Source: Bacteroidota bacterium (GTDB lineage Bacteria > Bacteroidota > Bacteroidia > Palsa-948). From it: 56,816 bases of DNA. The notes beneath the pieces were generated by a model. The model saw only the letters and a list, made by a program, of their open reading frames with translations, ran no database searches and had not been told where the DNA came from. A program made the translations under genes and the position numbers. Positions 17,547-27,611 of this stretch are shown here, one piece after another. Location of the stretch: NCBI GenBank assembly GCA_023251675.1, contig JAHEYJ010000002.1, positions 1 through 56,816 on the forward strand, in the 5' to 3' direction. Every line of letters begins with the position of its first letter. Within the stretch, counting starts at the first letter, position 1.

Positions 17547-18683
17547 ATGCGCAAGTCAACTATTTTATATCTCATTTTTTTTGCCATAATTTTGATCGCT
17601 GCATGCAAGAAAGAGACTCCGGTTGAAATAAAAGAAGATCCGGTATTTTATTTTTCCGGCGCTGTGGATGGAAGCCCGGTTAAACTAAATGCAGGAGAAA
17701 ATGATTATTACATGTACTCTTCTTATTTACTTGACACAAACTCAGTGTATAATTTCCTGGCCGATCTGAAACAGATCAACTGCACCAATTGTATCAATAG
17801 GATCCAGGTTCAGATCAATGATTTTAGAGTTTCATCTCCTGCGGCGGGTGCAGTAATAGACACATCGCTTTTGGCGGGATATTATCCATACCAGTTACCC
17901 GGAGGCGCACCTACATCCTATAACGCCTATTTTACTGCAACGCCTTCCAATGATTCATCTTCGGTGCCCTCATCTTATCTATGGGATTTTGGTGACGGAA
18001 CCACTTCTGCCATTGCCAATCCCGCGCATGTTTTTTCCCATAGCGGAATTTATACGGTTTGCCTTACGATCAGCTATCTTAATTCCTGCACCAGCACGAT
18101 CTGCAACCCGGTGAAAGTTGGAGTTGCCGGTGCGGATTTCAATGCGGCCATCAATGCGCAGTCTTCTCCTGCAGGAAATACAGTTTCGCTTACAAGTACA
18201 ATAACCGGAGGGACCGCTCCTTTTACTTATTCATGGGATATGGGGGATGGAAATACTTTTACCACACAGAATGTTACGCATACTTATCTAATTGCCAATA
18301 ACTATAAAGCCTGTCTGCAGGCGACGGATGCGAATGGATACATTGCCAACACTTGCAGCAATATTTCTACACAGAATTTTCCGGGCTGCAGCACCAATTA
18401 TAATTTTATGTCGGATACAACGGGAGGAATTCCAAATCCGAATGCGTTTTCCAATGTTATTATCAAATGGACCGATAATTCAGGGCTTACCTATTCTTCA
18501 AATAATTCTTCTCAGCCGGTTGACAGCTATTTCCAGATCGTCTCTTCAGACAGCTACCTAAATAATCAAAACAACGAAACCACAAAAAAACTGCACGTTA
18601 AATTCAAATGCAAAGTATTCAACGGAAGCAATTCTCATACTATTGATAACGGGGAGGCAGTCATCGCAGTGGCTTATAAATAA
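17547..18683 (+). CDS. PKD domain-containing lipoprotein
   Basis: MRKSTILYLIFFAIILIAAC lipobox, plus two PKD signatures (WDFGDGTTS, WDMGDGNTF). Confidence 0.75.
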   Translation: MRKSTILYLIFFAIILIAACKKETPVEIKEDPVFYFSGAVDGSPVKLNAGENDYYMYSSYLLDTNSVYNFLADLKQINCTNCINRIQVQINDFRVSSPAAGAVIDTSLLAGYYPYQLPGGAPTSYNAYFTATPSNDSSSVPSSYLWDFGDGTTSAIANPAHVFSHSGIYTVCLTISYLNSCTSTICNPVKVGVAGADFNAAINAQSSPAGNTVSLTSTITGGTAPFTYSWDMGDGNTFTTQNVTHTYLIANNYKACLQATDANGYIANTCSNISTQNFPGCSTNYNFMSDTTGGIPNPNAFSNVIIKWTDNSGLTYSSNNSSQPVDSYFQIVSSDSYLNNQNNETTKKLHVKFKCKVFNGSNSHTIDNGEAVIAVAYK

Positions 18684-18760
18684 CTTTATGCTCACCCAAC
18701 CCTTTATCTGTTTTCTGCGTGTTAGTCTTTAAAGGGCAGTTAAACATAAAAACAAAATCA

Positions 18761-20377
18761 ATGAAAACAAAAAATTTACTCAGTTCATTTGTGGTTGCAG
18801 GAATGATGATGATCGCAGCACAATTGCAGGCGCAGTGCCAGGCCGGATTCACCTTCAATATCAGCAGCGGCACGGTTGCATTTACCAATACCTCGACCGG
18901 AGGTACTCCCGGCACATCGTATTTTTGGGATTTCGGTGACGGCAATTCCTCCTCCGGATCTGCATTCGCAACCCATACCTATTTTAACGGTACGTACACC
19001 GCGTGTTTGTACATGTCAGATTCAAGCAATACAAGCGGCGGATGCTGGAGTACCTTTTGTGATACGATCGTCATTACAACCGGAACAAATCCTCCCTGCG
19101 TGAAACACTGGAACTATTACCAGGATTCATCAAATGCAAATTCGACCACAATCCAGTTTTATGATCAATCTGCAGCGGTAAGCTGGGCGTGGGATTTTGG
19201 CGATGGAAATACATCCACGCTGACAAGCCCGGTTCATCAATATGCACTGGCGGGCAATTACTATGTTTGTCTGACAACCATTTCTTCTGTTGGCGATACT
19301 TGCACTACGTGCGATTCAATTCATATATATCCTCCTTGTAATGCAATTGCCGGGTTTACTTTCAACAGCACCAATGATCCTGCAATATCCTTTACGAACA
19401 CATCAACAGGATTAATCGCTCCGGTTTACTCGTGGAGCTTTGGAGATGGCAGTTATGCATCTTCAGTTAACGCCACTCATACCTATCAATATAACGGAAC
19501 GTATAATGTTTGCTTGTCGGCATACGATAGCCTGAATGGGTGCAGCGCTAATTATTGCAGTGTGGTAACGATCACCAATGGCTCGCCTCAGCCTTGCAAT
19601 GCCGCTTTTTATACAGACTCCATGAATACTCCCGCAATGACCATCGGATTTTATGATGCATCAACAGGCGGGGCAACTTCCTGGTTCTGGGATTTCGGAG
19701 ATGGAAACACATCAACCCTGCAAAATCCTGTTCATCAGTATGCAGTGCCGGGCACCTATTCAGTTTGCCTGACCATCACCACCGCTTCCGGAACCTGTTC
19801 TTCTTGCAGCAGTCTGACCGTAGGAAATTATTGCGGTGCAACTTTATATTTAGTACCGGATAGCTCCAACACCAGCGCGTATTCATGGTTTGCATATCCG
19901 GTTGTATCGGGTACGGCACCGTTTGTTTACGCATGGGATTTTGGAGACGGAACCACGTCCACACAACCTTATCCTACACATACCTATGCGGTTGCCGGTC
20001 ATTACAATGTTTGTCTGACCATCACCGATGCTAACGGCTGTACCAGCGCTACCTGTGATTCTACTTACAAGATCGCATCAGCCGGAATTATCAAAAACCT
20101 GGTGGTGGTTAATCCGCTGGCAGGAATTGAAGAAAATTCTGTTTCCGTAAATTCTGTCTTCCCAAATCCAGCGAATGATAGGATAGAAGTTTCATTAAAT
20201 CAACCGGCAAAGGGAGTTATCCGGGTTATGGATCTCACCGGCAGAGAAGTTTATCAGGAAACAATTAACTCAAATAGTGTCAGGGTTAATGTTTCAAATT
20301 TACCGGTCGGATGTTATAACCTGTCGATCGTGACAGGGGACAAAACAATTCACAGCAAGATCATGATAGCAAGATAA
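18761..20377 (+). CDS. five-PKD-repeat protein with T9SS type-A C-terminal sorting domain
   Basis: Signal peptide ends in AQLQAQ. Five W(D/S)FGDG...H.Y...Y.VCL repeats. The C-terminus has FPNPANDRIEVSL and ends in KIMIAR. Confidence 0.8.
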   Translation: MKTKNLLSSFVVAGMMMIAAQLQAQCQAGFTFNISSGTVAFTNTSTGGTPGTSYFWDFGDGNSSSGSAFATHTYFNGTYTACLYMSDSSNTSGGCWSTFCDTIVITTGTNPPCVKHWNYYQDSSNANSTTIQFYDQSAAVSWAWDFGDGNTSTLTSPVHQYALAGNYYVCLTTISSVGDTCTTCDSIHIYPPCNAIAGFTFNSTNDPAISFTNTSTGLIAPVYSWSFGDGSYASSVNATHTYQYNGTYNVCLSAYDSLNGCSANYCSVVTITNGSPQPCNAAFYTDSMNTPAMTIGFYDASTGGATSWFWDFGDGNTSTLQNPVHQYAVPGTYSVCLTITTASGTCSSCSSLTVGNYCGATLYLVPDSSNTSAYSWFAYPVVSGTAPFVYAWDFGDGTTSTQPYPTHTYAVAGHYNVCLTITDANGCTSATCDSTYKIASAGIIKNLVVVNPLAGIEENSVSVNSVFPNPANDRIEVSLNQPAKGVIRVMDLTGREVYQETINSNSVRVNVSNLPVGCYNLSIVTGDKTIHSKIMIAR

Positions 20378-20406
20378 GTTCGGTTTGTCATAGTTTCTGG
20401 TTAAGT

Positions 20407-20448
20407 AAAAAGGCTGATGGATCCCGGTATCGGGACTTCAGCCTTTTT
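20407..20448. terminator. bidirectional hairpin between convergent genes
   Basis: aaaaaggctga ... tcagccttttt, with an inner tcccg/cggga stem. It overlaps the stop codon of the EamA gene. Confidence 0.65.
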
Positions 20449-21322
20449 CTGTTTTTTCCCTTTTCATATACGCATCGAGACAAACCACTCCGAGGATAAT
20501 AGCAGCGCCGATATAAAATGTAGAAGACATATGTTCGCTGGAATTGAAAATAAAAAAAGCAAACAGGATCCCGTAAATGGTTTCGAGATTCAACGTGAGC
20601 GACATGGTATACGGGCTGATGTGTTTTAATATTTCCACGCCGATGATGAATGGGATCATGGTGCAGAAAATCGAAAAAATTAACATGTACATCCAATCCA
20701 TTCCGCTGATCCCGTAAAAGGTTGCCGTCTGTGGTTCCAGTACGTATAAAAAAATGGAAATGCACGTAAGGCATCCGATCATTTCGTAAACAGAGATCAT
20801 CTCTGCCTTCAAGCCTTTCCTGCTCATGATGCTGTTCACTACTGCCATGAGCGAAGAGGTAAGTGCGGCGCCGAGGCCGAGCAGTATTCCCCAGAAATAC
20901 CGGATCTCCACATTGAAGATCATCAGCAGCGCTCCGATCACAATGATGCCGAAAAGAATTTCATAGAATAAAACTTTGCGCCGGTAAAATAAGGGTTCAA
21001 GGAGGGAGGTAAAAAGCGTTCCGGTTGCAAAACAGGCAAGTGTTATCGAAACGTTGCTGGCCTTCACGGCTCCGTAAAAACAGATCCAGTGTATTCCTAC
21101 CAGCAGACCGATCAGCAATAATTGCAGAATTATTTTTCCGGAAGGGAAGAGCGGAGTTTTTTTATAAAGCGCATAGCCGAGAATTCCTACAAAGGTTATG
21201 ATGACGCGGATCCATATCATCTGGAGCGCAGGAAGCGTAATGATCTTTCCCAGCACCGCGGTCCATCCCCATAAGAAAACGATCAGGTGGAGAAGAATAA
21301 AGCTTTTTGTCTTTTGGTTCAC
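20438..21322 (-). CDS. DMT superfamily (EamA-like) transporter
   Basis: 294 aa with about 10 hydrophobic helices arranged as a duplicated EamA-type module. Confidence 0.7.
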   Translation of the reverse strand: MNQKTKSFILLHLIVFLWGWTAVLGKIITLPALQMIWIRVIITFVGILGYALYKKTPLFPSGKIILQLLLIGLLVGIHWICFYGAVKASNVSITLACFATGTLFTSLLEPLFYRRKVLFYEILFGIIVIGALLMIFNVEIRYFWGILLGLGAALTSSLMAVVNSIMSRKGLKAEMISVYEMIGCLTCISIFLYVLEPQTATFYGISGMDWMYMLIFSIFCTMIPFIIGVEILKHISPYTMSLTLNLETIYGILFAFFIFNSSEHMSSTFYIGAAIILGVVCLDAYMKREKTEKG

Positions 21323-21536
21323 GAGGAAAATAAAGCTGCAAAGATATTCGTAATAGATCAGGGAACGTATATGAAATTACCAGAAGGTGATGAAATCACA
21401 ACAACGCCAATCGATCAGGAGTGGCAACGGGAACAAACCATTTAACATATCATTGTGTACCTGTTTGAACCGGTTTTATCATAAATTTCCTATTCATTAG
21501 TTTTTATATTTGCCATTCTAAAAACAGAAAATAAAA

Positions 21537-24446
21537 ATGTCATTTTCATCTGCCCCTTCGGGGTTCGCATCACGCCATCTGGGTCCAAGGGACAAAGATG
21601 TTCAAACCATGCTCGGAAAGATCGGGGCATCCTCGCTGGATGAACTGATTTCACAAACCATCCCTTCAAACATACGACTGAAAAAACCGCTGAACCTTCC
21701 GGATGGTTTAAGCGAGTTTGAATACCTCAAAGAACTCAAAGCGACAGCTTCGCGAAATAAATTATTCCGGACTTTTATCGGGCTCGGATATTACAATTGC
21801 ATCATTCCTCCGGTGATCCAGCGGAACATTCTTGAAAATCCAGGATGGTACACAGCCTATACTCCTTACCAGGCAGAGATTTCCCAGGGAAGGCTGGAAG
21901 CACTTTTGAATTTTCAAACGATGGTGATCGATCTCACCGGGCTTCCGATCGCAAACGCATCATTGCTGGATGAAGGGACCGCCGCTGCAGAGGCGATGAT
22001 CCTTTTTTATAACTCACGGCCGAAAACAAAAACGGCCGCAAAAACATTTTTTGTTTCTTCCACTTGTTTTCCGCAAACGATCGAAGTGGTAAAAACAAGA
22101 GCATTGCTTTTAGGGATTGAAATTCTGGTTGGCGATCATTTCAAATCCCAAGTCTCAGATCTCACTTCTTGCTTTGGCTCCCTGATCCAATACCCAGATA
22201 CCAATGGAAATATTTCCGATTACAAGGATTTTGTAACTAAAATTCACAGTGCAGGGGGATTTGTTGCAGTGGCTTCTGATCTTATGGCGCTTACTTTACT
22301 TACACCTCCGGGAGAATGGGGTGCCGATGTAGTTCTTGGAAATTCTCAGCGATTGGGGGTGCCTATGGGATACGGTGGCCCGCATGCAGCGTTCTTCGCT
22401 ACAAAAGAAGATTTCAAACGTTTGCTGCCGGGAAGAATTATCGGCGTATCGGTCGATTCATCAGGAAATACGGCCCTCCGCATGGCATTGCAAACCCGCG
22501 AACAACATATTCGCCGGGAAAAAGCAACTTCAAATATATGCACGGCGCAGGCGCTTCTCGCCATTATGGCCGGTATGTACGGCGTGTATCACGGGCCTGC
22601 GGGAATTAAATCCATAGCAGAAAAAATCCATCATCTTGCCTGCGGGATTTCCGAACAATTAGAAAAACTCGGACTTAAACCTGAGAATAAAATATTCTTT
22701 GACACGATTTCGGTTTCTCTTTCTGATAAAATCCTTATTCAAAAAATAAAATCCATTGCAGAAGGTAAAAAGATCAATTTTAATTATTCCGGAAGCAGGA
22801 TCTCGATCAGTGTTGACGAAACAACAACCGGAAAAGACGCAAAAGAAATTGTGGAAATTTTCGCAGAAGCGCTCGGCAAAAACAGTGCAGTGCCTGCTTT
22901 GAACGGTGAAACAAATAAAAGTATAATCAAAAATTCTTCTTTCAATCGCCAGTCACCGTACATGACGCATCCCGTTTTCAATTCGTTTCATTCGGAAACC
23001 GAAATGATGCGCTACATCAAACGGCTGGAGAATAAAGACCTCTCGCTAACACATTCAATGATCTCACTCGGCTCCTGTACGATGAAATTAAACGCAGCGG
23101 CAGAATTATTCCCGATTACATGGCCTGAGTTTGCAAATTTACATCCGTTCATTCCGGCTGAACAGGCAGAAGGATTTAAGATCGTGATTACCGAACTGGA
23201 AAAATTTCTCTGCGAGATTACCGGGTTCAATGCCGTTTCCTTTCAGCCTAACAGCGGCGCGTCAGGAGAATATGCCGGGCTGCTGGTGATCCAGGCGTAT
23301 CACAGAAGTAAAGGTGATACGCACCGGAAAGTTGTTTTGATTCCCTCTTCCGCCCACGGAACAAATCCGGCGAGCGCCGCCATGGCGGGAATGGAGATCG
23401 TGATCGTGAAATGCGATGAGAACGGAAATGTGGATGTGAATGACCTGAAGGAAAAAGCGGAAAAACATAAAGCAAATCTTTCCTGCCTCATGGTGACCTA
23501 TCCTTCCACTCACGGAGTTTTTGAGGAAGCCATTTCAGAAATTACATCAGTCATTCACCAGAATGGAGGACAGGTATACATGGATGGAGCAAATATGAAC
23601 GCACAGGTAGGATTAACAAGCCCCGCCACGATTGGCGCTGATGTTTGCCATTTGAACCTTCACAAAACCTTTGCAATTCCTCACGGTGGCGGCGGTCCCG
23701 GAGTGGGGCCGATCGGAGTGGCATCGCATCTTGCTCCTTTTCTTCCATCGCATCCTGTTGTTACCATTAACCAACAACCAACAACCATCAAACCTGTAAC
23801 TGCTGTTTCAGCAGCTCCGTTCGGCAGTGCGCTAATTCTTCTGATTTCTTACGGATACATTAAAATGCTTGGAAAACAAGGTGTAACGGATGCAACCCGG
23901 TATGCAATTCTGAATGCTAATTACATGAAGGATGTGCTGAAAAAGCACTATCCCATATTATATGTAGGAAAGAACGGCAGGGTAGCTCATGAAATGATCC
24001 TCGATTGCAAAGAGATCAAACGCGAATCAGGAATTGAAGTGGGCGATATTGCAAAGCGTTTAATGGACTATGGGTTTCATGCTCCCACGGTTTCTTTTCC
24101 TGTTCATGATACGTTAATGGTAGAACCAACCGAGAGCGAATCAAAAGAAGAACTGGACAAATTCTGCGAAGCCATGATTTCTATTCGAAAAGAGATAGAA
24201 GAAATAATCAATAAAAAAGCAGATGCGCTGGATAACGTTCTTAAAAATGCTCCGCATACGGCTAAAGTGCTGGTCGCGGATGACTGGAAACACTCCTATT
24301 CCAGGGAAAAAGCAGCCTATCCTTTAAAATGGGTCAGGGAAAATAAATTCTGGCCATCGGTGGGCAAAATAGACAATGCAAATGGTGACCGGAACCTGAT
24401 TTGCGCTTGCCCGCCTGTTGAAATGTATACAGTAGAAACCGTATAG
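21537..24446 (+). CDS. gcvP: glycine dehydrogenase (decarboxylating), single-chain P protein
   Basis: 969 aa. Contains [21 protein letters not shown] and [16 protein letters not shown] (PLP lysine region). Confidence 0.95.
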   Translation: MSFSSAPSGFASRHLGPRDKDVQTMLGKIGASSLDELISQTIPSNIRLKKPLNLPDGLSEFEYLKELKATASRNKLFRTFIGLGYYNCIIPPVIQRNILENPGWYTAYTPYQAEISQGRLEALLNFQTMVIDLTGLPIANASLLDEGTAAAEAMILFYNSRPKTKTAAKTFFVSSTCFPQTIEVVKTRALLLGIEILVGDHFKSQVSDLTSCFGSLIQYPDTNGNISDYKDFVTKIHSAGGFVAVASDLMALTLLTPPGEWGADVVLGNSQRLGVPMGYGGPHAAFFATKEDFKRLLPGRIIGVSVDSSGNTALRMALQTREQHIRREKATSNICTAQALLAIMAGMYGVYHGPAGIKSIAEKIHHLACGISEQLEKLGLKPENKIFFDTISVSLSDKILIQKIKSIAEGKKINFNYSGSRISISVDETTTGKDAKEIVEIFAEALGKNSAVPALNGETNKSIIKNSSFNRQSPYMTHPVFNSFHSETEMMRYIKRLENKDLSLTHSMISLGSCTMKLNAAAELFPITWPEFANLHPFIPAEQAEGFKIVITELEKFLCEITGFNAVSFQPNSGASGEYAGLLVIQAYHRSKGDTHRKVVLIPSSAHGTNPASAAMAGMEIVIVKCDENGNVDVNDLKEKAEKHKANLSCLMVTYPSTHGVFEEAISEITSVIHQNGGQVYMDGANMNAQVGLTSPATIGADVCHLNLHKTFAIPHGGGGPGVGPIGVASHLAPFLPSHPVVTINQQPTTIKPVTAVSAAPFGSALILLISYGYIKMLGKQGVTDATRYAILNANYMKDVLKKHYPILYVGKNGRVAHEMILDCKEIKRESGIEVGDIAKRLMDYGFHAPTVSFPVHDTLMVEPTESESKEELDKFCEAMISIRKEIEEIINKKADALDNVLKNAPHTAKVLVADDWKHSYSREKAAYPLKWVRENKFWPSVGKIDNANGDRNLICACPPVEMYTVETV
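23764..23798. repeat. heptamer array (ccaacaa-like)x5, in frame in gcvP
   Basis: ccattaa ccaacaa ccaacaa ccatcaa acctgta. It encodes [11 protein letters not shown] in a loop that varies between GcvP homologs. Confidence 0.75.
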
Positions 24447-24513
24447 TTTTTTATCGAATAATATTTACATTTACGCACTTAAAATTCCCAAACACCAATC
24501 AAAAAACAAAATC

Positions 24514-25506
24514 ATGAAAAAAATTTACACGCTTATTATGTTCTTTGCGCTTTTTTTGTTTCACACAGCAAATGCGCAATCAGCACTTTCATTGGGCGCA
24601 CTCACACCCGTTTCTGTCGAGGCGAAAAATAGTAATCCCGGTTTGCTGGCCCTTGATACCATGACGCCTCCCGTATTTACCATGGCTTGCTTCACCGGCG
24701 ATGCGGCCCCGCTCGTATACTATCAAATGGGCGCTGCAGGAATGTTGGTCGGAAATAATTCTTATGGAGAAACAGAAGCCGCGCAACGCTATGCTTTCAC
24801 CGGCAGCGGAACCATTGGTGAAGTGCTGGTTATGTACGGTCATGTAACCGGAACTACCGGAACTACCGCTGCGAAAGTTTATTCCATTACGGCGAAAAAA
24901 CCCGGAACAGTATTAGGCACAAGCGGCACCGTAACCCTTGCAAATATTACGACGACAGGGTATACCAGCTATACATTTTCTCCTACCGTTTCCGTAACTA
25001 CTAATTTTGCTGTTGCCTCTGTTTTTCCTACTACCGCGGCCGCAGGCGATACAGTAGCCGTGGTTTCTACTAAAGAAACCTGCCACTCCGTTGATTCATT
25101 GTCCTACATGAAAATTCCTAACTATGGCGGATGGCTTTTTGCGAATCAATTATTGAATGTTACGATCCCGCGCGACACAAGTCTTGACCTGGTGATTTTA
25201 CCGGTAGTGAATGTGACAACCGGGATTAATGAATATCCAAATAATAATGGATTGACATTGATGGGAACTTTTCCCAACCCTGCACGGGATTTTATTAATC
25301 TCCGCTACCGTTTGGAGGAGCAATCAGCCGTTTCAATAGAAATATTTGATTTAACCGGGCGCATCATTGAAAAGTCATCAGAAAATCTTTCTGCCGGAGA
25401 ACATAACATAAAAGTATCTCTCAAAGATCTTTCAGCCGGCAATTATTATTACACGATCAAAACAGGAAAAACGCAGCTTACCAGTAAATTTGCTGTTATA
25501 AAATAA
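24514..25506 (+). CDS. T9SS type-A CTD secreted protein (cargo 1)
   Basis: Signal peptide ends in ANAQ. The C-terminus has FPNPARDFINLRY...YYYTIKTG...KFAVIK. The N-domain shares KPGTVLGTS with cargo 4. Confidence 0.8.
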   Translation: MKKIYTLIMFFALFLFHTANAQSALSLGALTPVSVEAKNSNPGLLALDTMTPPVFTMACFTGDAAPLVYYQMGAAGMLVGNNSYGETEAAQRYAFTGSGTIGEVLVMYGHVTGTTGTTAAKVYSITAKKPGTVLGTSGTVTLANITTTGYTSYTFSPTVSVTTNFAVASVFPTTAAAGDTVAVVSTKETCHSVDSLSYMKIPNYGGWLFANQLLNVTIPRDTSLDLVILPVVNVTTGINEYPNNNGLTLMGTFPNPARDFINLRYRLEEQSAVSIEIFDLTGRIIEKSSENLSAGEHNIKVSLKDLSAGNYYYTIKTGKTQLTSKFAVIK

Positions 25507-25525
25507 TTTCTTTTTCATTTACATG

Positions 25526-25560
25526 AAAGCCCCTTCAGGAATTCCTCAAGGGGCTTTTTT
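25526..25560 (+). terminator. rho-independent terminator
   Basis: aaagcccctt ... aaggggcttt followed by a T-run. Confidence 0.8.
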
Positions 25561-25715
25561 AATCACTCCTCCTTAAAAAACAGATACGGTATGCAGTGTG
25601 CCGGAACGAATAAGCCTTTAATTATCATAGCGGACAGAAACCCAATTGGGGTTTGCCCTCTGGTTGAAACCATATAATGGAGAAAGTATAATTAAAAGCG
25701 TGCAGGGTTATGCCA

Positions 25716-25746
25716 TTTGCCACTATATAGAAAAATCATATATTTG
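25716..25746 (+). promoter_or_regulatory. consensus promoter TTTG-N19-TATATTTG
   Basis: TTTG at 25716-25719 and TAtaTTTG at 25739-25746. It lies 40 nt upstream of ATG 25786. Confidence 0.65.
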
Positions 25747-25785
25747 CCGACTTTTAAATACTAACATTAATTAAAAAAAACAATC

Positions 25786-26829
25786 ATGAAAAAACTTTAC
25801 ACATCAATTGCGGTTTTAATGCTTGGTGTTGTTGCGATTGCGCAAAACAATAGCAAGTCACTTAGTCCTCAGTTTTCAAATGCACATAGGGTTAGTTCAC
25901 AAACGCCAACCATTGTACATAAAGCTCCATTGAATACACATGCAGTGGGAGACACAGTATTCGTATTTGATGGCCACTACATTTATGATTGGAATAGTAC
26001 GCTTCCGGCAACTTTTAATGTTCAAACGGAAGATATAGATGGTTTAACTATTTATTCTGGACTTCAGGGTTCGTTTGGCGTTACCGGATCCTTTGTCTTT
26101 TTTTACGATACAGTTGCCAACAGTAATCTTACTTATGGTCATCCTGATACTTTATTTTATGGTGCCGCTACTTCATGGTTCACGCCTGCCGGCCAAGCAG
26201 ATAATTGGTTAGAACTTGGACCAATTCATGTTCCAACTGCCGGCGGTACTTTAAAATGGAGACATAGCATACCTGATCCAAGTTATAGAGATGGATATGA
26301 GATTCTTGTAAATACTGCAGGAATTGCCTCAACGAACTTCACTAATGCCGCTATTTTCTCAGTAACAGATAATGATCCTATCACTGCAGGTGATACAGTA
26401 ACTACTCCGCATTATGGATTTGTTCAATATTCTGCAGATGTAAATGCAAATGCCGGACAAGATATTTACGTCGCGGTTCATCACACTGGAAATGATCAGT
26501 TTGTTTTATTGATGACAGACTTTATTCTTCTTGAAGGTTCCGGATCAGGTGTTAACGAAAACAATACTGTTATCACATCTCTTCAAAACATGCCTAACCC
26601 TGCAATCAATAACACAATGATCAGTTATTCGCTGAAAGAAACAGCAAATGTTGACTTTTCATTGTTTGATGTTGCTGGTAAAAAATTATCATCACTTAAT
26701 CAGGGCATACAAACTGCAGGCACTCACCAGTTCAAGCTCGATGTTTCAAATCTTTCTTCTGGAATTTATTTTTATACAATCACCGCGGGTGAGTATAAGA
26801 TAACGAACAAAATGTCTGTTATGAAATAA
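25786..26829 (+). CDS. T9SS type-A CTD secreted protein (cargo 2), possibly a choice-of-anchor-J-like N-domain
   Basis: Signal peptide present. The C-terminus has MPNPAINNTMISY...IYFYTITAGEYKITNKMSVMK. Confidence 0.75.
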   Translation: MKKLYTSIAVLMLGVVAIAQNNSKSLSPQFSNAHRVSSQTPTIVHKAPLNTHAVGDTVFVFDGHYIYDWNSTLPATFNVQTEDIDGLTIYSGLQGSFGVTGSFVFFYDTVANSNLTYGHPDTLFYGAATSWFTPAGQADNWLELGPIHVPTAGGTLKWRHSIPDPSYRDGYEILVNTAGIASTNFTNAAIFSVTDNDPITAGDTVTTPHYGFVQYSADVNANAGQDIYVAVHHTGNDQFVLLMTDFILLEGSGSGVNENNTVITSLQNMPNPAINNTMISYSLKETANVDFSLFDVAGKKLSSLNQGIQTAGTHQFKLDVSNLSSGIYFYTITAGEYKITNKMSVMK

Positions 26830-26849
26830 TCTTATTTTCTTTTTTTCAA

Positions 26850-26886
26850 AAAGCCCTTTCGGAAAATTTCGGAAGGGCTTTTTTGT
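26850..26886 (+). terminator. rho-independent terminator
   Basis: aaagccctttc ... ggaagggcttt followed by a T-run. Confidence 0.8.
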
Positions 26887-26995
26887 TTTTACCCGCCTAA
26901 TTGCACGCAATGAATAGTTAATATTGAGTAATATCTCCGATTTTTCTATTCCTTAAAACATCATGTATGATGTCTTTTATTTCTGCCGCAATGTT

Positions 26996-27003
26996 TATGT
27001 TTG
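26996..27003 (+). promoter_or_regulatory. -7 box TATGTTTG
   Basis: Perfect TAnnTTTG. ATG 27008 lies 5 nt downstream, about where the transcription start is expected. Confidence 0.4.
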
Positions 27004-27007
27004 AAAA

Positions 27008-27049
27008 ATGAAGCAAAAAATTTGTCTCCCCCCCCCCAAAGACTTTTGA
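27008..27049 (+). other. candidate leaderless 13-codon uORF (MKQKICLPPPKDF)
   Basis: ATG AAG CAA AAA ATT TGT CTC CCC CCC CCC AAA GAC TTT TGA. The PPP codons are the C10 tract. Confidence 0.25.
27028..27037. repeat. homopolymeric C10 tract
   Basis: Ten consecutive C in an AT-rich intergenic region, 37 nt upstream of ATG 27074. Confidence 0.95.
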
Positions 27050-27073
27050 CGACACACTAATAGATTATTTACC

Positions 27074-27469
27074 ATGAAGAATATCGCAATCACTAGCGGA
27101 GGTAATAACCTTTTTAAAAAAAGAAAAAGGAAACTTCATTATAAGCCAATGCAAAATCCTGACAACCTGCTTTTAACTCTTGCTGAAAGAATCAGAAACT
27201 TGCGTGTTGGATTTAATTTGTCACAAGAAGAACTTGCAATTAAAATGTATAAAGACAAACAATTCATTCAGCGTATTGAATCGGGCAAGTATAATCCTCA
27301 TTTTATCACGATTGCTGCCATTGCTGATGCGTTGAATGTACCTCTTAGCATACTCGTTAATATAAAAACAACTAATCAAAAAACACTTTATTGCTCAAAT
27401 CACACCTGTAGAAAATTCAATCAGCATTCACATTATTTCAACAATGGTGGTGCAATTGTAAGTTGTTGA
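27074..27469 (+). CDS. XRE-family helix-turn-helix transcriptional regulator
   Basis: HTH_3-like LAERIRNLRVGFNLSQEELAIKMYKDKQFIQRIESGKYNP. Alternative start at ATG 27149. The C-terminal tail is Cys/His-rich (CSNHTCRKFNQHSHY). Confidence 0.75.
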   Translation: MKNIAITSGGNNLFKKRKRKLHYKPMQNPDNLLLTLAERIRNLRVGFNLSQEELAIKMYKDKQFIQRIESGKYNPHFITIAAIADALNVPLSILVNIKTTNQKTLYCSNHTCRKFNQHSHYFNNGGAIVSC

Positions 27470-27611
27470 AGAAAAACACATATCAAATAAATTCCATTTT
27501 CAAACTCAGTGATAGCGAAACTTTTTTTAATAACAAAACAAACAACCATAATCAGGACCGGTTATCCACATGCGCCCAAAAACAAAACATTAATTTCTAA
27601 AATTAATTATC

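Noticed and set aside
21323-21536. A possible glycine riboswitch upstream of gcvP. The motifs cagggaac, accagaaggtga and atcaggagtggcaacgggaac appear in the order of the GGAGAG / CCGAAGG.GCAA / CUCAGGCAAAAGGAC consensus blocks.
   Set aside because: The matches are weak. I could not find the P1, P2 or P3a helices that should bracket these blocks. It would need a covariance-model scan (RF00504) to revive.
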